Positions 37,921-49,317 are shown, counted from the stretch's first letter. The stretch is DNA of 60,609 nucleotides from Verrucomicrobiales bacterium (GCA_031411295.1 JANOAV010000196.1:1-60609); one strand, 5' to 3'. A program made the numbers and translations. Notes: generated from the sequence alone by a model not told the origin.

Positions 37921-38769
37921 GTGTTGGCATTTGTCCACTCCACCCTCATTTTGTCGCTCTTCCGTCCCATTCTCAGTAATCCAAATTTCACCGTCCTAGC
38001 CGAGACGGACGATTACATCGTGGTCAACAAACCCGCTCCGCTCCTGATCCATCCGTCCGTTCCGGGGAATCCACCCACGCTGCTCTGTGGCATGCAGGCG
38101 CTGCTGGCGTATGAGATCGCGAATGGCACTGCGCTGAGCATTATTAATCGGCTGGACCGGGAGACCAGCGGTCTGGTGTTAGTGGCGAAGCATGTTTCCG
38201 CGGCGCGAAATTTTTCCCGCGCCATGGAACGACGCCAGTGTCAGAAGGAATACCTTGCGATCGTCTGGGGTTGGCCCACGGAGGATCGCTTCACGGTGGA
38301 CGTGCCCTTGATCCGAGCCGGAGAAGTGCGCGAATCCCCTATTTGGCTACAGCAAACGGTTCATGAGTCAGGCTCGCCTTCGCGCAGTGAATTTGCCGTG
38401 GTGAGCCGCTTCACGAAAGCCACCACCAACGGGAGTAAATTCAGTCTGCTGCAGGTGAAACCCCACACTGGTCGGATGCATCAAATCCGGGTGCATGCGG
38501 CCCACGCTGGCTTTCCCGTGGTGGGGGATAAAATTTACGGACCGACGCCCGAGCACTACCTGGAGCATATTGAAACTGGCTGGACTCCAGCCTTGGAGCA
38601 GTCGTTACTGCTCCCGCGTCATGCGCTGCATTCCGTCAGCTTATCGATTCCATTTGGCGAGACGACATTGCAATGGACCGCGCCACTTCAAGCAGATCTG
38701 CTGAGCTTCCTGCCGCCCGATATCGTCATCCCCGGCACTCCTGTGGTGCCGCCCAAGGATGGGGTATAG
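37921..38769 (+). CDS. RluA-family pseudouridine synthase
   Basis: VNKP, NRLDRETSG, KEYLA, TGRMHQIRVH, GDKIYG, LHS. Start uncertain. Confidence 0.93.
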   Translation: MLAFVHSTLILSLFRPILSNPNFTVLAETDDYIVVNKPAPLLIHPSVPGNPPTLLCGMQALLAYEIANGTALSIINRLDRETSGLVLVAKHVSAARNFSRAMERRQCQKEYLAIVWGWPTEDRFTVDVPLIRAGEVRESPIWLQQTVHESGSPSRSEFAVVSRFTKATTNGSKFSLLQVKPHTGRMHQIRVHAAHAGFPVVGDKIYGPTPEHYLEHIETGWTPALEQSLLLPRHALHSVSLSIPFGETTLQWTAPLQADLLSFLPPDIVIPGTPVVPPKDGV

Positions 38770-38828
38770 AGCCCATTGAAATTTGCGGGACTCGGTTTAC
38801 ATTGACCACACTTCCCCACCCCCTCCAA

Positions 38829-40202
38829 ATGAAAATTTCCCGCCAACTTTGGTCTGGCCTCCCGGCGTATTTGCTGGCCATGCTGACGATGCTGACGATG
38901 CTGTCGCCATCCGTTCACGCCGCCCAGCAACTGCTAATTATTGGCGATAGCCTTTCCAAGGAATACGAATACGAAGGCGACTATATTGGCGGAGCGGACG
39001 CTCCTGCGGGTTTGCACAGTTGGACGGAGATCCTGGACGACAAACGGCATTCGTATTTCGATTTTGGGACCTCCTCCACCTATGCGGACGTGCGTTTGCT
39101 AGGGCATCGTCATAACTGGTCGATCCCAGGGTCATTTGCTTCCGAATGGATTAATAAATACCTCACGGCCAATTTCCCGTTGAACTACACCTATGGTATT
39201 CCAGAACTGGAATCGCAGCTCAACGGCAGCGTTGAACGCGTGGTTATTTTTCTGGGCGGCAATGAAATCCGCTCCCAATATGGCAATCTCTATGATGGAA
39301 ATTTAGCTCCCTCCACCTTTGCCAGCGGCCTCTTCAACGATCTGGAGGACATTGTTAATTGGGTGCTGGACCGGAGAGCCAGCGGCACGCAAGTGGTGCT
39401 GGCTAACCTGCCTCACTTGGGAGCCTGCCCAGACAAAAACGACGCGCATCCGTATAATGTGACGAAGACGGGACGGGTGACCTCCGCCATCACGAATGTT
39501 AATGGTCGCCTGCAAACGCTGGCGCAGACGAAGGGGATTGGGTATGCCGATATTTACAGCACCTTCTCCGGTTTGGTGAATTCGGATCACCTCTGCATCG
39601 GCGGGGTTCCTATCTGGCGGTATCCGGTGCACTCCGACGGTGATCCCCGTTACTGTTTCCTGGGCGATGGCCTCCATCCGAACATGCCCGTGCAGGCGAT
39701 CATCGCGCAAATTATCCTCGATGCCTTCAACACCAAATACGGCACCACGATCCCGCGGCTAACGAATACGGAAATTTTGACCAACGTCCTGGGCTTAAGC
39801 TCTGATTTAGTTTTCACCGAATGGCTCGCGGGCTACGGCGTGCCGGCTAGCCAACGTGGATTTGCGGCTGATCCGGATAAGGACGGAGTGCAGAATCTCA
39901 TGGAATACGCCTTGGATCTGGATCCGGGGAAATCGGACAGCCGCTTGTTGCCAAAACCGGAAACGGTCGTCACCAACGGGATCACCTATGTCGGCATTAC
40001 TTGGAAGCCCCGGCTCACCACCTGCCCGTGGGGCACGCTCTATGCGCAGCAATCCAGCAACTTGGTGAACTGGAACACGGTGGCCGCCGGAAACGTTACG
40101 TGGAATCCCACGACGCAAACGCAGACGGTGCGCATCGCCCGCCCGGTGGGCAGTCCACCGCTTTTCCTGCGCTTGAAGGCGGAAATTTTGCCGCCGACCT
40201 AA
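38829..40202 (+). CDS. Secreted SGNH/GDSL hydrolase with a DxDxDG-containing C-terminal domain
   Basis: IGDSLS, LGGNE, DGLHP; tail F..WL..YG...ADPDKDG..NL.EY.L.LDP...SSNL.NW...FLRL. Confidence 0.87.
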   Translation: MKISRQLWSGLPAYLLAMLTMLTMLSPSVHAAQQLLIIGDSLSKEYEYEGDYIGGADAPAGLHSWTEILDDKRHSYFDFGTSSTYADVRLLGHRHNWSIPGSFASEWINKYLTANFPLNYTYGIPELESQLNGSVERVVIFLGGNEIRSQYGNLYDGNLAPSTFASGLFNDLEDIVNWVLDRRASGTQVVLANLPHLGACPDKNDAHPYNVTKTGRVTSAITNVNGRLQTLAQTKGIGYADIYSTFSGLVNSDHLCIGGVPIWRYPVHSDGDPRYCFLGDGLHPNMPVQAIIAQIILDAFNTKYGTTIPRLTNTEILTNVLGLSSDLVFTEWLAGYGVPASQRGFAADPDKDGVQNLMEYALDLDPGKSDSRLLPKPETVVTNGITYVGITWKPRLTTCPWGTLYAQQSSNLVNWNTVAAGNVTWNPTTQTQTVRIARPVGSPPLFLRLKAEILPPT

Positions 40203-40206
40203 CGGA

Positions 40207-41397
40207 TTATTTCGCCCCGATCTGCCACAGCGTTTGATCGCTGCGCACGTAAATTTTCCCGTCAGAAATGGCTGGCGTGCAGAGCAACGGGCCTTTCAGG
40301 GTTAACTCGCTGACGATGGCTCCCTCTTCTGCCGTGGTATCCACCACCTTCAAGACCCCTTCCTCGCTAGCAACATAAAGATACTGGCCGCAGACGACCG
40401 GGCTGCCGCTAAATTTCCCATTCAGCCGCAGTTTCCAGAGTGATTTACCGTCGCTGATGGTCGCCTTGGCCAGCACGCCGGCTCCATTCAAGGTGTAGAT
40501 GAAATCCCCTGACACGACGGGACTGGCGGTGGCATTGGAGAGCTGGGTGCTTTGCCAGAGTTGCTCTGGCTCCACGCCCGGTTTGGATACATCGTAAGCC
40601 GTGGTGCCATTGGCAGGCACAAAAAGCATCTTCCCGGCAGCCGCACAAGAGGGCGTGGTGGTGCCGCCGGGCAGTTTCCATAACTGACTGCCAGTGGTGG
40701 GATCGACCGCCGCCACGCCATCCGACGAAAGCAGCGCCACGCTGGTCTTGCCGTCGATGGTGAAGCTGACCGGGGATGTCCAATTGGCGATCTTTTTGCG
40801 CGGAAGTTTCCAGACATTTTTGCCCGTCTTGGCATCCAGGCCGACGGTGAAAGAATCACTATCATTTTCCACCATCGCGACCAGCGTCTCCCCGACCACC
40901 ACCAGGCTGGAGGCCATGCCCAGACTGTTGCTGGCGTTGGGATAGTCTGCCGTCAGGCCGCGCAGCCACAGCACCTTGCCAGTCAGATCCAGCGCCACGA
41001 CGTCATTGGTGGAATAGGTTACGAAGAGCCGCGTGCCATCGCTGCAGGGCGTGGGGGCGGCCACGGAAGTTTTCTCATGGCTCATGGTGCGACCAGTGGC
41101 GGAAAATTGGCGTTCCCACAAACGCGCGCCATCTTTGGCAGCGAAGCAAAAGACGTGCAAACGCTCCTGCTTAGGTCCACTCGCTGCGGTTAGGAAAACC
41201 TTGTCCCCGATGACGATCGGAGAACTCAATCCGCGTCCAGGCAGATCAACCTTCCAGAGCATCGATTGTTCCGTGAGGGTGGCCGGAGGCGTGGGACCCG
41301 TGGCCACTCCGCTGCTGTTAGGGCCACGGAATTGGGTCCAGTCCGCCCAACCAGGATTGATGGTGAGCAACAGAAGGGCGAGGGAGCATTTCATCAT
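40207..41397 (-). CDS. PQQ-like beta-propeller repeat protein
   Basis: DWTQFRGP, repeated SSP / G..LW motifs. Confidence 0.88.
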   Translation of the reverse strand: MMKCSLALLLLTINPGWADWTQFRGPNSSGVATGPTPPATLTEQSMLWKVDLPGRGLSSPIVIGDKVFLTAASGPKQERLHVFCFAAKDGARLWERQFSATGRTMSHEKTSVAAPTPCSDGTRLFVTYSTNDVVALDLTGKVLWLRGLTADYPNASNSLGMASSLVVVGETLVAMVENDSDSFTVGLDAKTGKNVWKLPRKKIANWTSPVSFTIDGKTSVALLSSDGVAAVDPTTGSQLWKLPGGTTTPSCAAAGKMLFVPANGTTAYDVSKPGVEPEQLWQSTQLSNATASPVVSGDFIYTLNGAGVLAKATISDGKSLWKLRLNGKFSGSPVVCGQYLYVASEEGVLKVVDTTAEEGAIVSELTLKGPLLCTPAISDGKIYVRSDQTLWQIGAK

Positions 41398-41409
41398 GGG
41401 AGTCAGGAG

Positions 41410-42054
41410 TTAGGGTGCTTTAGCTTTGGCGGGAAGGTGGGCGTAGCCGATGAAACGGGACGTGCTGGTGTCCCGTGGCAACTGGAAATCAAATACGCTT
41501 ACGCCCCAGCGGGCGAGGCCTTGGTAGCTGCGCCCATCGCTGGCTCCGAACATCACGGGGTGACCATCGGCGGTCTGCTTGCCCAGATACATCATGACGT
41601 GAGTCACGGGGGGATCGCGATCCGATTTCTCTGCCGTCGTATTGGTCCAGAACAGGAGATCTCCCGGCTGCAGTTGCTTCATTTCAAAGGTCTCCATGCT
41701 CCGGCCATTGAACGCCCGGAACGTGCCCGCCTCCCACGCCCAGCGATACATCTCGTTGGATTGCCGGGGCGTGGTGCCCCATCCGAATTTTTGCAGCACG
41801 TGGTAAATCGTTCCGGAGCAATCCATGCCACCCGCCGCCGGATCGCTGGAGGCATAAGTATAGGTAAGATTCTTTTCCGTTAGGGACAGGGCATAGGTCA
41901 GCATCTCCCTTACCTCTGGCGCCAGTTGCGCAAACCCCTTCAGGGCCGCTGGTGGCAATGCTGCGGCCGGGGCCTTGGTCGTCTCCTCCTTTGAAAATGC
42001 TGGTGGCAGCAATGGTAGCCAAAGGAAGAAGCTTAAGCGGAGAAGGATTCTCAT
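41410..42054 (-). CDS. NlpC/P60 family cysteine peptidase
   Basis: Signal peptide, GMDCSG, PGDLLFW, THVMMYLG. Confidence 0.88.
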   Translation of the reverse strand: MRILLRLSFFLWLPLLPPAFSKEETTKAPAAALPPAALKGFAQLAPEVREMLTYALSLTEKNLTYTYASSDPAAGGMDCSGTIYHVLQKFGWGTTPRQSNEMYRWAWEAGTFRAFNGRSMETFEMKQLQPGDLLFWTNTTAEKSDRDPPVTHVMMYLGKQTADGHPVMFGASDGRSYQGLARWGVSVFDFQLPRDTSTSRFIGYAHLPAKAKAP

Positions 42055-42095
42055 GGGCAAGGCGTGGTAAAGGAAGGGTTCTGCACGGCGAAAAG

Positions 42096-42551
42096 TCATT
42101 TCCCAGCGATTACCGCCCAGCCACCATGCAGCACCTTCACGCGCTCTGGGTCCGGATGAAAGCCGCGGATGTAGTCTGCGATGTCACGACTCGCTTCACA
42201 TTTTTTGGCGTCGCAATACACCACCACTAGCTTTGCTTGCGCCTCTTGCACCGTGTTGGCCACCGTTAACAGCAAGTCTTGCCAGTCTGGTTCATGCTGG
42301 CTGAGCAAAAGCGCCCCGGGCACATGCCCCTTGTTGAACGAACTCCTGGTGCGGGCGTCCACCCAGATGACTCCGGGCTGTTTTTCTGCTACCCGGGCTG
42401 CTGCCAGCGAGATCTCACCTTCCACTGTCGGCTCCTGGGTTAGATACAAGGCAGGACGATGCGGATGCCAAAAATACGTCGCTGCCGTGGCCACTCCAGT
42501 GAGTAACACAAGGGCCAGCGCTTCGGACAGGGTTCGGGTGAAGGACTTCAT
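42096..42551 (-). CDS. Membrane-anchored rhodanese-like protein
   Basis: WVDAR, GHVPGA, VVYC, VLHGGW. Confidence 0.88.
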   Translation of the reverse strand: MKSFTRTLSEALALVLLTGVATAATYFWHPHRPALYLTQEPTVEGEISLAAARVAEKQPGVIWVDARTRSSFNKGHVPGALLLSQHEPDWQDLLLTVANTVQEAQAKLVVVYCDAKKCEASRDIADYIRGFHPDPERVKVLHGGWAVIAGK

Positions 42552-42723
42552 GCGCCAACCAACCATAGCTTCCCCCGACTGGCAAGCCAGAGTCGCACCG
42601 GTTCACGCCTGCCCAAGGGCAAATTTTCCGCCACGACAAATTCCTTGCAATCCCAGAGCAGCCTGTTAATCAGTCGCCAACTTAGATAGTTCAAAACCCC
42701 ACGTTCACCACCAAATCAATTTT

Positions 42724-42969
42724 ATGTCCGAAAAATCCATCGAAGAAAAAGTTAAAGATATTATTGTCGATCAACTCGGCGTGAATGCTGAACAAGTCGT
42801 GCCTGATGCCAAGTTCATCGAAGACCTGGGCGCGGACTCGCTCGACACCGTCGAACTCGTCATGGCGTTCGAAGAGGAGTTCTCCATTGAAGTGCCGGAT
42901 GAAGAAGCTGAAAAGCTCCAGTGCGTCAAAGACGTCGTCACTTACGTCGAAGAACACAGCCAAAGCTAG
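42724..42969 (+). CDS. acpP: Acyl carrier protein
   Basis: [20 protein letters not shown]. Confidence 0.98.
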   Translation: MSEKSIEEKVKDIIVDQLGVNAEQVVPDAKFIEDLGADSLDTVELVMAFEEEFSIEVPDEEAEKLQCVKDVVTYVEEHSQS

Positions 42970-42971
42970 TT

Positions 42972-42995
42972 GCGGGCCCTGGCAGGCCCGCTTTT
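42972..42995 (+). terminator. Intrinsic terminator after acpP
   Basis: GCGGGCC-N6-GGCCCGC-TTTT. Confidence 0.65.
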
Positions 42996-43014
42996 CACTC
43001 CATTATCATTTCCT

Positions 43015-43048
43015 TTGAGGGTGCCCCGGATCATTGGGGCACCCTCAA
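43015..43048. terminator. Second strong hairpin downstream of acpP
   Basis: Perfect 13-bp inverted repeat TTGAGGGTGCCCC-N8-GGGGCACCCTCAA followed by TTATTTT. Confidence 0.6.
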
Positions 43049-43353
43049 TTATTTTCATAATTCCCAACAAAACACTTGAAGCTTTTCCTGAAATTATGGT
43101 ATTGTTGACAAAATCTTTCCCAGTTTCGTCTTGACGGGAATTTCAAAGGATGTTCAACTCGCTCCCCGATTTCTTTTATACTAGCCAATTAATTCACTCT
43201 TTCACTCATCCCCTAGACAGCTCGGGCGGTGGGTATCGCTTATTTGTTGCATTTAAGAGAAATTTTTCTTTAAATCAAACGTATCTCCTCTGCTGGCAGT
43301 CAAGATGCTTGAACCAGTAACTCAACCGACCGACCAACTCTACGCACATTTTT

Positions 43354-44310
43354 ATGGCCAATCTTGAACTAGATGGTGGAATCAAAATCTACCTCCGTGA
43401 AATCGGCAAAACCCCACTCCTCACTCCCGAGGAAGAAATCCAACTCGCGGCTCGGATTAAGGACGGGGATAAAGACGCACGCGCCCACATGATCAAAGCC
43501 AATCTGCGCCTCGTGGTGAAGATCGCTCAGGATTACGCCAACTACGGTCTGCCGTTGCTCGACTTGATTTCCGAAGGGAACATCGGCCTGATGAAGGCGG
43601 TGGAACGCTTCGACCCCAACAAGGGCGGAAAGCTCTCGACCTACGCGGCATGGTGGATTAAGCAAAGCATCAAGCGGGCTCTGGCTAACCAATCGAAGAC
43701 GATCCGCCTGCCCGTCCACATGGTGGACAAGATTTCCAAGATGCGGCGGGTGGCCATGTCCATGTCCGAGGACTTGGGCCGGGAACCGACCGATGACGAA
43801 CTCTCCGAAGAAATCGGGATTGATCGTGCCAAGCTCGCTCAACTGAAAGCCGCCAGTCTGCGCCCAGCCTCGCTGGACGCCCCCATTTCCGAGGACGACT
43901 CCACCGAGTTCGGGGAAATCATTGGTGACGATCGCGCGCAGAATCCGCACGAAATTCTGAGCCACCGGAACATGCACGACCAATTGGACGGCCTGTTGGA
44001 CGTGCTGGACGAGCGTGAACGCAAAATCATCGACGCCCGCTTCGGCCTCAACGGTCAGAAGCCCAAGACTTTGGAAGAAGTGGGTCAGGAATTCGGTGTG
44101 ACTCGGGAACGGATTCGCCAGTTGCAGAACATTGCCCTCAAGAAATTGCGCCGCGCCCTGCAGAAGAAGGAAGATCCAGGTCCACGTCCGCTCCGCGGTG
44201 CCCGCAAGAAGAGCCAAAGTCCGCTGGCAGCAGTGCTCGCAGGGATTGGGGACGATGATGACGAGGAGGAAGCAGCGGATGACGACGATAGCTACGACGA
44301 TTTTGATTGA
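43354..44310 (+). CDS. RpoD/SigA-family sigma factor lacking region 1.1, with an acidic C-terminal tail
   Basis: [68 protein letters not shown]. Confidence 0.95.
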   Translation: MANLELDGGIKIYLREIGKTPLLTPEEEIQLAARIKDGDKDARAHMIKANLRLVVKIAQDYANYGLPLLDLISEGNIGLMKAVERFDPNKGGKLSTYAAWWIKQSIKRALANQSKTIRLPVHMVDKISKMRRVAMSMSEDLGREPTDDELSEEIGIDRAKLAQLKAASLRPASLDAPISEDDSTEFGEIIGDDRAQNPHEILSHRNMHDQLDGLLDVLDERERKIIDARFGLNGQKPKTLEEVGQEFGVTRERIRQLQNIALKKLRRALQKKEDPGPRPLRGARKKSQSPLAAVLAGIGDDDDEEEAADDDDSYDDFD

Positions 44311-44313
44311 ACT

Positions 44314-45126
44314 TTGAACGAGTTGCTCATCATCGCAGGCTTGGCGCTGGCGGGATACGCCCTGCGAACCTTTGCCAGCGTCTGGTTGCGGCGGCTGGGA
44401 AGTTTGGTGGTGCTGGCCGCTACGTTCCGCTTGGGTAGCACCGTGGCGGACGGTAACTGGGGAGGCTGGTTGGCCACCTCATTATGGTTTCTGGTGCCTG
44501 CCGGCAGCTTGGTGCTCGTGACCCGCAGGTCATCATTCCCGCTGGACAAGCAGCTGCGCTATCGCCAAGCCCCCTCGGATGAAGAGTTTCCCGAATTAGC
44601 GCCACTCACGGAGGAGTTCCTCCAAGCTGGCTTCGAGTTGCACGATGACATCGCTTGGGATTGGGGAAATTATCAGCAGTTCACCCGCCTGTTCGTGCAC
44701 CCCGAGCACAAGCTGCAGGGGGCCATCCACCTGCATACGCAGGAAACCATGCTCTTCAGTTTTGTTAGCGTAACCACGCGCACCATCCCCAATCAGCGCT
44801 GGATCACCTGGAACTCCCCCTTTCAGTCCGCCATGCCATGGCCGCCAGGCGTGGCCTTGAATGCCGTGAGCCTGGTCCAATCGGTGCCAGAGTTAGTGCA
44901 GGAACATCAGACCTTTTACGCCGGCAAATTCTCTCCTGCCACCGTGCTGGCTCCTGATCCTCAAGGCTTGCTGCACTTGCTGCAGGAGGAAGGCCGCCAC
45001 CAAGTAGATCATAATTTAAACGTCGGTCTGCTGAAATTGCAGGGGAATGGGCGATTTACCTACTCCTGGAAAGGATGTTGGTATATGGTCCGCAAACTCA
45101 TGATCGATCTGGTCCGCCTTTCCTAA
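44314..45126 (+). CDS. Hypothetical membrane protein
   Basis: Three N-terminal hydrophobic segments; starts 3 nt after the sigma gene. Confidence 0.7.
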   Translation: MNELLIIAGLALAGYALRTFASVWLRRLGSLVVLAATFRLGSTVADGNWGGWLATSLWFLVPAGSLVLVTRRSSFPLDKQLRYRQAPSDEEFPELAPLTEEFLQAGFELHDDIAWDWGNYQQFTRLFVHPEHKLQGAIHLHTQETMLFSFVSVTTRTIPNQRWITWNSPFQSAMPWPPGVALNAVSLVQSVPELVQEHQTFYAGKFSPATVLAPDPQGLLHLLQEEGRHQVDHNLNVGLLKLQGNGRFTYSWKGCWYMVRKLMIDLVRLS

Positions 45127-45145
45127 CTCCATTCCCCCCTTCCTG

Positions 45146-45526
45146 ATGAAATCCACCGCCCTGCTCCTCCTGCCCCTTCTCGTCATCGGCCTCAGCGCCT
45201 GTAAAACCAAGCCTGTGGCGAGCGCGACCGCCAACTATGCCCCCACCTTTCACCCGGACGTCTCCATCGGATCGTATTATAAAACGAAGGCCATGTCTTC
45301 GTTCTACGACCAACAGCCGGACTCCCTCGTGAGCAAAACGCCAACCCACATCTACTACACCAGTCAGGTGATCCAGTTACTGGACGCCAATGCTGGCGGC
45401 GGCTGGGCTCGCGTGCGCACGGCCAAGGATGAATTGGGTTTCATGCAGTTTTCCAACCTCAAGATTGTCCCCCTGGAGAAGCAGCCTCCCGCCCCGAAGC
45501 GCAAACACCGCAATCCCAGCGCCTAG
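45146..45526 (+). CDS. Small lipoprotein with an SH3-like domain
   Basis: Lipobox LSAC; GWARVRT....GFM. Confidence 0.7.
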   Translation: MKSTALLLLPLLVIGLSACKTKPVASATANYAPTFHPDVSIGSYYKTKAMSSFYDQQPDSLVSKTPTHIYYTSQVIQLLDANAGGGWARVRTAKDELGFMQFSNLKIVPLEKQPPAPKRKHRNPSA

Positions 45527-45537
45527 CCCAGCACGCG

Positions 45538-46497
45538 CTACTCGGCTTTGGCTGGTTCCTGCGGCAGGGTCGCCAGCAGTGCCAGAACTGAGCGGGCCGG
45601 AATTGCTTCATGCAGGGTGATCAGCGTCGCTCCATTGAAGCGATCCTTGGGAACCGCTGCTTTCTTGTCACCACTTTTAGCCGGCGCACGGGATGATTCC
45701 GCCAAGGGCGAAATGGTATCCACGTGACCGATAGCATTGCCGCACTCATCAACGATGGCGGCCCCGCTGCTGCCAGGAGCCCAGTCCGTGCTCACATTGA
45801 CCCGCAGGGGAATCACGTCGGTCAATGCCGTTCCCGCGCCACCGTGGCCGTCTTTCCAATAGAATCGATTCACGATGCCGTTACTAAAATAGCCTCGCTG
45901 TCCCAACGGAAAACTGAAGCAATACGCGGGGTCTCCCACCGCCACGCCATCATTGAGTCCCAGGGGCACGAAGCTGCCCTCAGCAACGCGCAGCACTGCG
46001 GTATCCATCTTTTTGTTGGCCGCCAGCACGGCGGTCACCGGCAGCACTTCATTTTTTTCATCCACCGCCACGAGGTAACCCTCCCGCATATCGTCCCGAC
46101 TGTCGATGACATGGCAACAGGTAACTGCGGCATCCTTGGCGACAGCGTAGCCACCGGCCAAACTGAGGTGCCAGTGGTCGCACCGTTTGCAAAGATAGTA
46201 ATACCCGACGCGCAGAAATCCCTGCCGTGCTTTTTCCGCAATCTCCCTGCCGCGCAACGGTTGCCGGGCTGGGGGCGCTGCCTGCACCATGCCCGGCACG
46301 GGGGTTTTAAGCTGCTGCTGAACCTCATCCATTTTGAGCAACTTCCCTGCCTCCCGCAGCACCCCCGCTTTGGCAATGATGTCCGCATCATTGCCCGCCG
46401 TCGCGCTGTTCTCGATTTCAGTGCTGGGCGTTTGCCCCCAGTTGGTCTGACATGGGAACAAACAAGTCGTAAGCAGAAGGGACAAAATCAATTTCAT
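45538..46497 (-). CDS. Trypsin-like serine protease, secreted
   Basis: VTCCHV (His), DTAVL (Asp), PGSSG (Ser); signal peptide. Confidence 0.87.
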   Translation of the reverse strand: MKLILSLLLTTCLFPCQTNWGQTPSTEIENSATAGNDADIIAKAGVLREAGKLLKMDEVQQQLKTPVPGMVQAAPPARQPLRGREIAEKARQGFLRVGYYYLCKRCDHWHLSLAGGYAVAKDAAVTCCHVIDSRDDMREGYLVAVDEKNEVLPVTAVLAANKKMDTAVLRVAEGSFVPLGLNDGVAVGDPAYCFSFPLGQRGYFSNGIVNRFYWKDGHGGAGTALTDVIPLRVNVSTDWAPGSSGAAIVDECGNAIGHVDTISPLAESSRAPAKSGDKKAAVPKDRFNGATLITLHEAIPARSVLALLATLPQEPAKAE

Positions 46498-46668
46498 GGC
46501 AATGGAGAAATGTAGCGTGAGTGGGAAGTCTATGCCAATGCGTCCCGGAACCACAAGTTCAATTACGCGGTGCTCGCGGGATCAAAATCCAGGATCGACG
46601 GAACTGAGGCTCGATTTGCGAAATCACCGGGCTTGCGAAGTTTCCGCGTGGGATCCATCATTCCCCGC

Positions 46669-47691
46669 ATGAAATTGATCCTGCGCGAAGTCCAGTTACC
46701 ACTCCGCCATCCCTTCACCATTGCCCATGGCACCACCACGCTGCAACACAACTTGTTGGTTAGTCTAACTGATGGCACGCACACCGGCTATGGCGAGGGA
46801 GCCTCCTCCCGGGCGCATGCCATTGCGACAGTTCCAGCCATGCGAGAAGCCCTCGAAACCGCCCGCCCGGCCATTGAAGCGGCTGTGTGGCATCGGCCGG
46901 AAGAGCTTTGGGAGACCATCGCCCCAATCCTGAGCCAGAATTCTTTCGCCCTCTGCGCCCTGGACGAAGCGGCGCACGATCTTTGGGGGAAGCGCCTCGG
47001 ACAACCGGTCTGGAAACTTTGGGGGCTCGAGCTGAAGAATTTGCCCGCCAGCAATTACACCATCGGCATCGATACCATCGAACGCATGATCGCAAAGCTC
47101 CAGGAATTTTCGGGCTGGCCAATTTACAAGATTAAGCTAGGCACGGATCATGACTTGGAGATCGTGCGGGCGCTGCGGCAGCACACGAGCGCCACCCTGC
47201 GCATCGACGGCAACACCGCTTGGTCCGCCGCGCAGACGTTGCGCTTCGCCCCGGAGTTGGCGAAACTCGGCGTGGAGTTTCTCGAACAACCACTCCGGCG
47301 GGACGACTGGGACGGCATGAAGCAGCTCTATGCAGAATGCCCGTTACCACTCATCGCAGATGAAAGCTGCCTCACCGAGGCCGACGTCGCCCGCTGCGTC
47401 GGCCACTTCCACGGCATCAACATCAAACTAACCAAAGCCGGTGGCCTCACGCCCGCCCGCCGGATGATCACGCAGGCCCGGGAGTTGGGACTCAAGGTCA
47501 TGGTCGGCTGCATGTTGGAAAGCACCGTCGGCATTTCCGCCATCGGGCAACTGCTCCCACTGCTTGACTATGTGGACATGGACGGTGCCGTCCTGCTCGC
47601 GGAAGATCTAGCAGATGGGGTAAAAGTGCACCACGGCATCGCCACCTTTCCCGATCGGCCAGGCAATGGCGTCGTGCTGACCGGGAATTAG
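46669..47691 (+). CDS. Dipeptide epimerase (L-Ala-D/L-Glu epimerase, enolase superfamily)
   Basis: GYGE, KIKLG, D.N, EQP, ADES, NIKL.K.GG, GCM.ES, DMDG. Confidence 0.92.
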   Translation: MKLILREVQLPLRHPFTIAHGTTTLQHNLLVSLTDGTHTGYGEGASSRAHAIATVPAMREALETARPAIEAAVWHRPEELWETIAPILSQNSFALCALDEAAHDLWGKRLGQPVWKLWGLELKNLPASNYTIGIDTIERMIAKLQEFSGWPIYKIKLGTDHDLEIVRALRQHTSATLRIDGNTAWSAAQTLRFAPELAKLGVEFLEQPLRRDDWDGMKQLYAECPLPLIADESCLTEADVARCVGHFHGINIKLTKAGGLTPARRMITQARELGLKVMVGCMLESTVGISAIGQLLPLLDYVDMDGAVLLAEDLADGVKVHHGIATFPDRPGNGVVLTGN

Positions 47692-47797
47692 GCCGCGCCT
47701 GCGATCACCGATGGCCCTTTTTCAATTTTGAGGAGTGCCTAACGCTGCTTTGTGAAGTTGCTGGCACCCGGCACAAATGCTGCTTAATTTTGAGCCC

Positions 47798-48124
47798 ATG
47801 CATTCCTCCCCCATTCCCTGGAAAGTTCTCGCCTCCAACGTCGGCGTCGGTATCCTCACCGACGGCTGGACGCTGGATGTCCCTGATGCCGATGCCACTG
47901 ACTCCCGCGAGTTCCTCTTGGACATCGTTTTCGCTTCCACGTTTGCCGTCGTTCCCGTGGTTCAACTAGGACTAACTGGATTTGACATCGATCAACGCGA
48001 TACTTCCCGCCTGACCCTAAAAGCGGTAAATATTACGGAGTCAGGCTTCCAAGCAGTTATCGCGACATGGGCCGCCACGCGGGTTTACTCCGTCGAGTTC
48101 AACTGGTTGGCGATTGGTCCCTAA
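47798..48124 (+). CDS. H-type lectin domain protein
   Basis: F...F...PVV.LGLTGFDID....RL......IT..GF......W...RVY....WLAIG. Confidence 0.82.
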   Translation: MHSSPIPWKVLASNVGVGILTDGWTLDVPDADATDSREFLLDIVFASTFAVVPVVQLGLTGFDIDQRDTSRLTLKAVNITESGFQAVIATWAATRVYSVEFNWLAIGP

Positions 48125-48164
48125 CCCCTTGCCAACCATGCCGAAGCTGATCGGTGCCGGATGC

Positions 48165-49212
<1,048 letters not shown>

Positions 49213-49237
49213 CCGTCAGGAAACGGCATTCATCCAC

Positions 49238-49274
49238 AAGCGCCCCGGATCTGAAATGCTCCGGGGCGTTTTTT
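49238..49274 (+). terminator. Intrinsic terminator after the katG remnant
   Basis: CGCCCCGGA / TCCGGGGCG followed by TTTTTT. Confidence 0.8.
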
Positions 49275-49317
49275 GTTGGGTGTGCTGCTTCCCAACACTA
49301 TATCGAGTTCGGGCTAG

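Noticed and set aside
38880..38903. ATGCTGACG tandem repeat in a signal peptide as a phase-variation tract
   Set aside because: The 9-bp unit preserves frame and has under three copies.
43369..44217. Long antisense ORF over the sigma gene, and similar ones over cysS, the ABC ATPases and the beta-helix gene
   Set aside because: Shadow ORFs expected from GC-rich codon bias opposite well-conserved genes.
46170..46200. Heme c motif in the trypsin-like protease (CKRCDHWH)
   Set aside because: Spacing is CxxCxH, not CxxCH. At most a disulfide or metal site.
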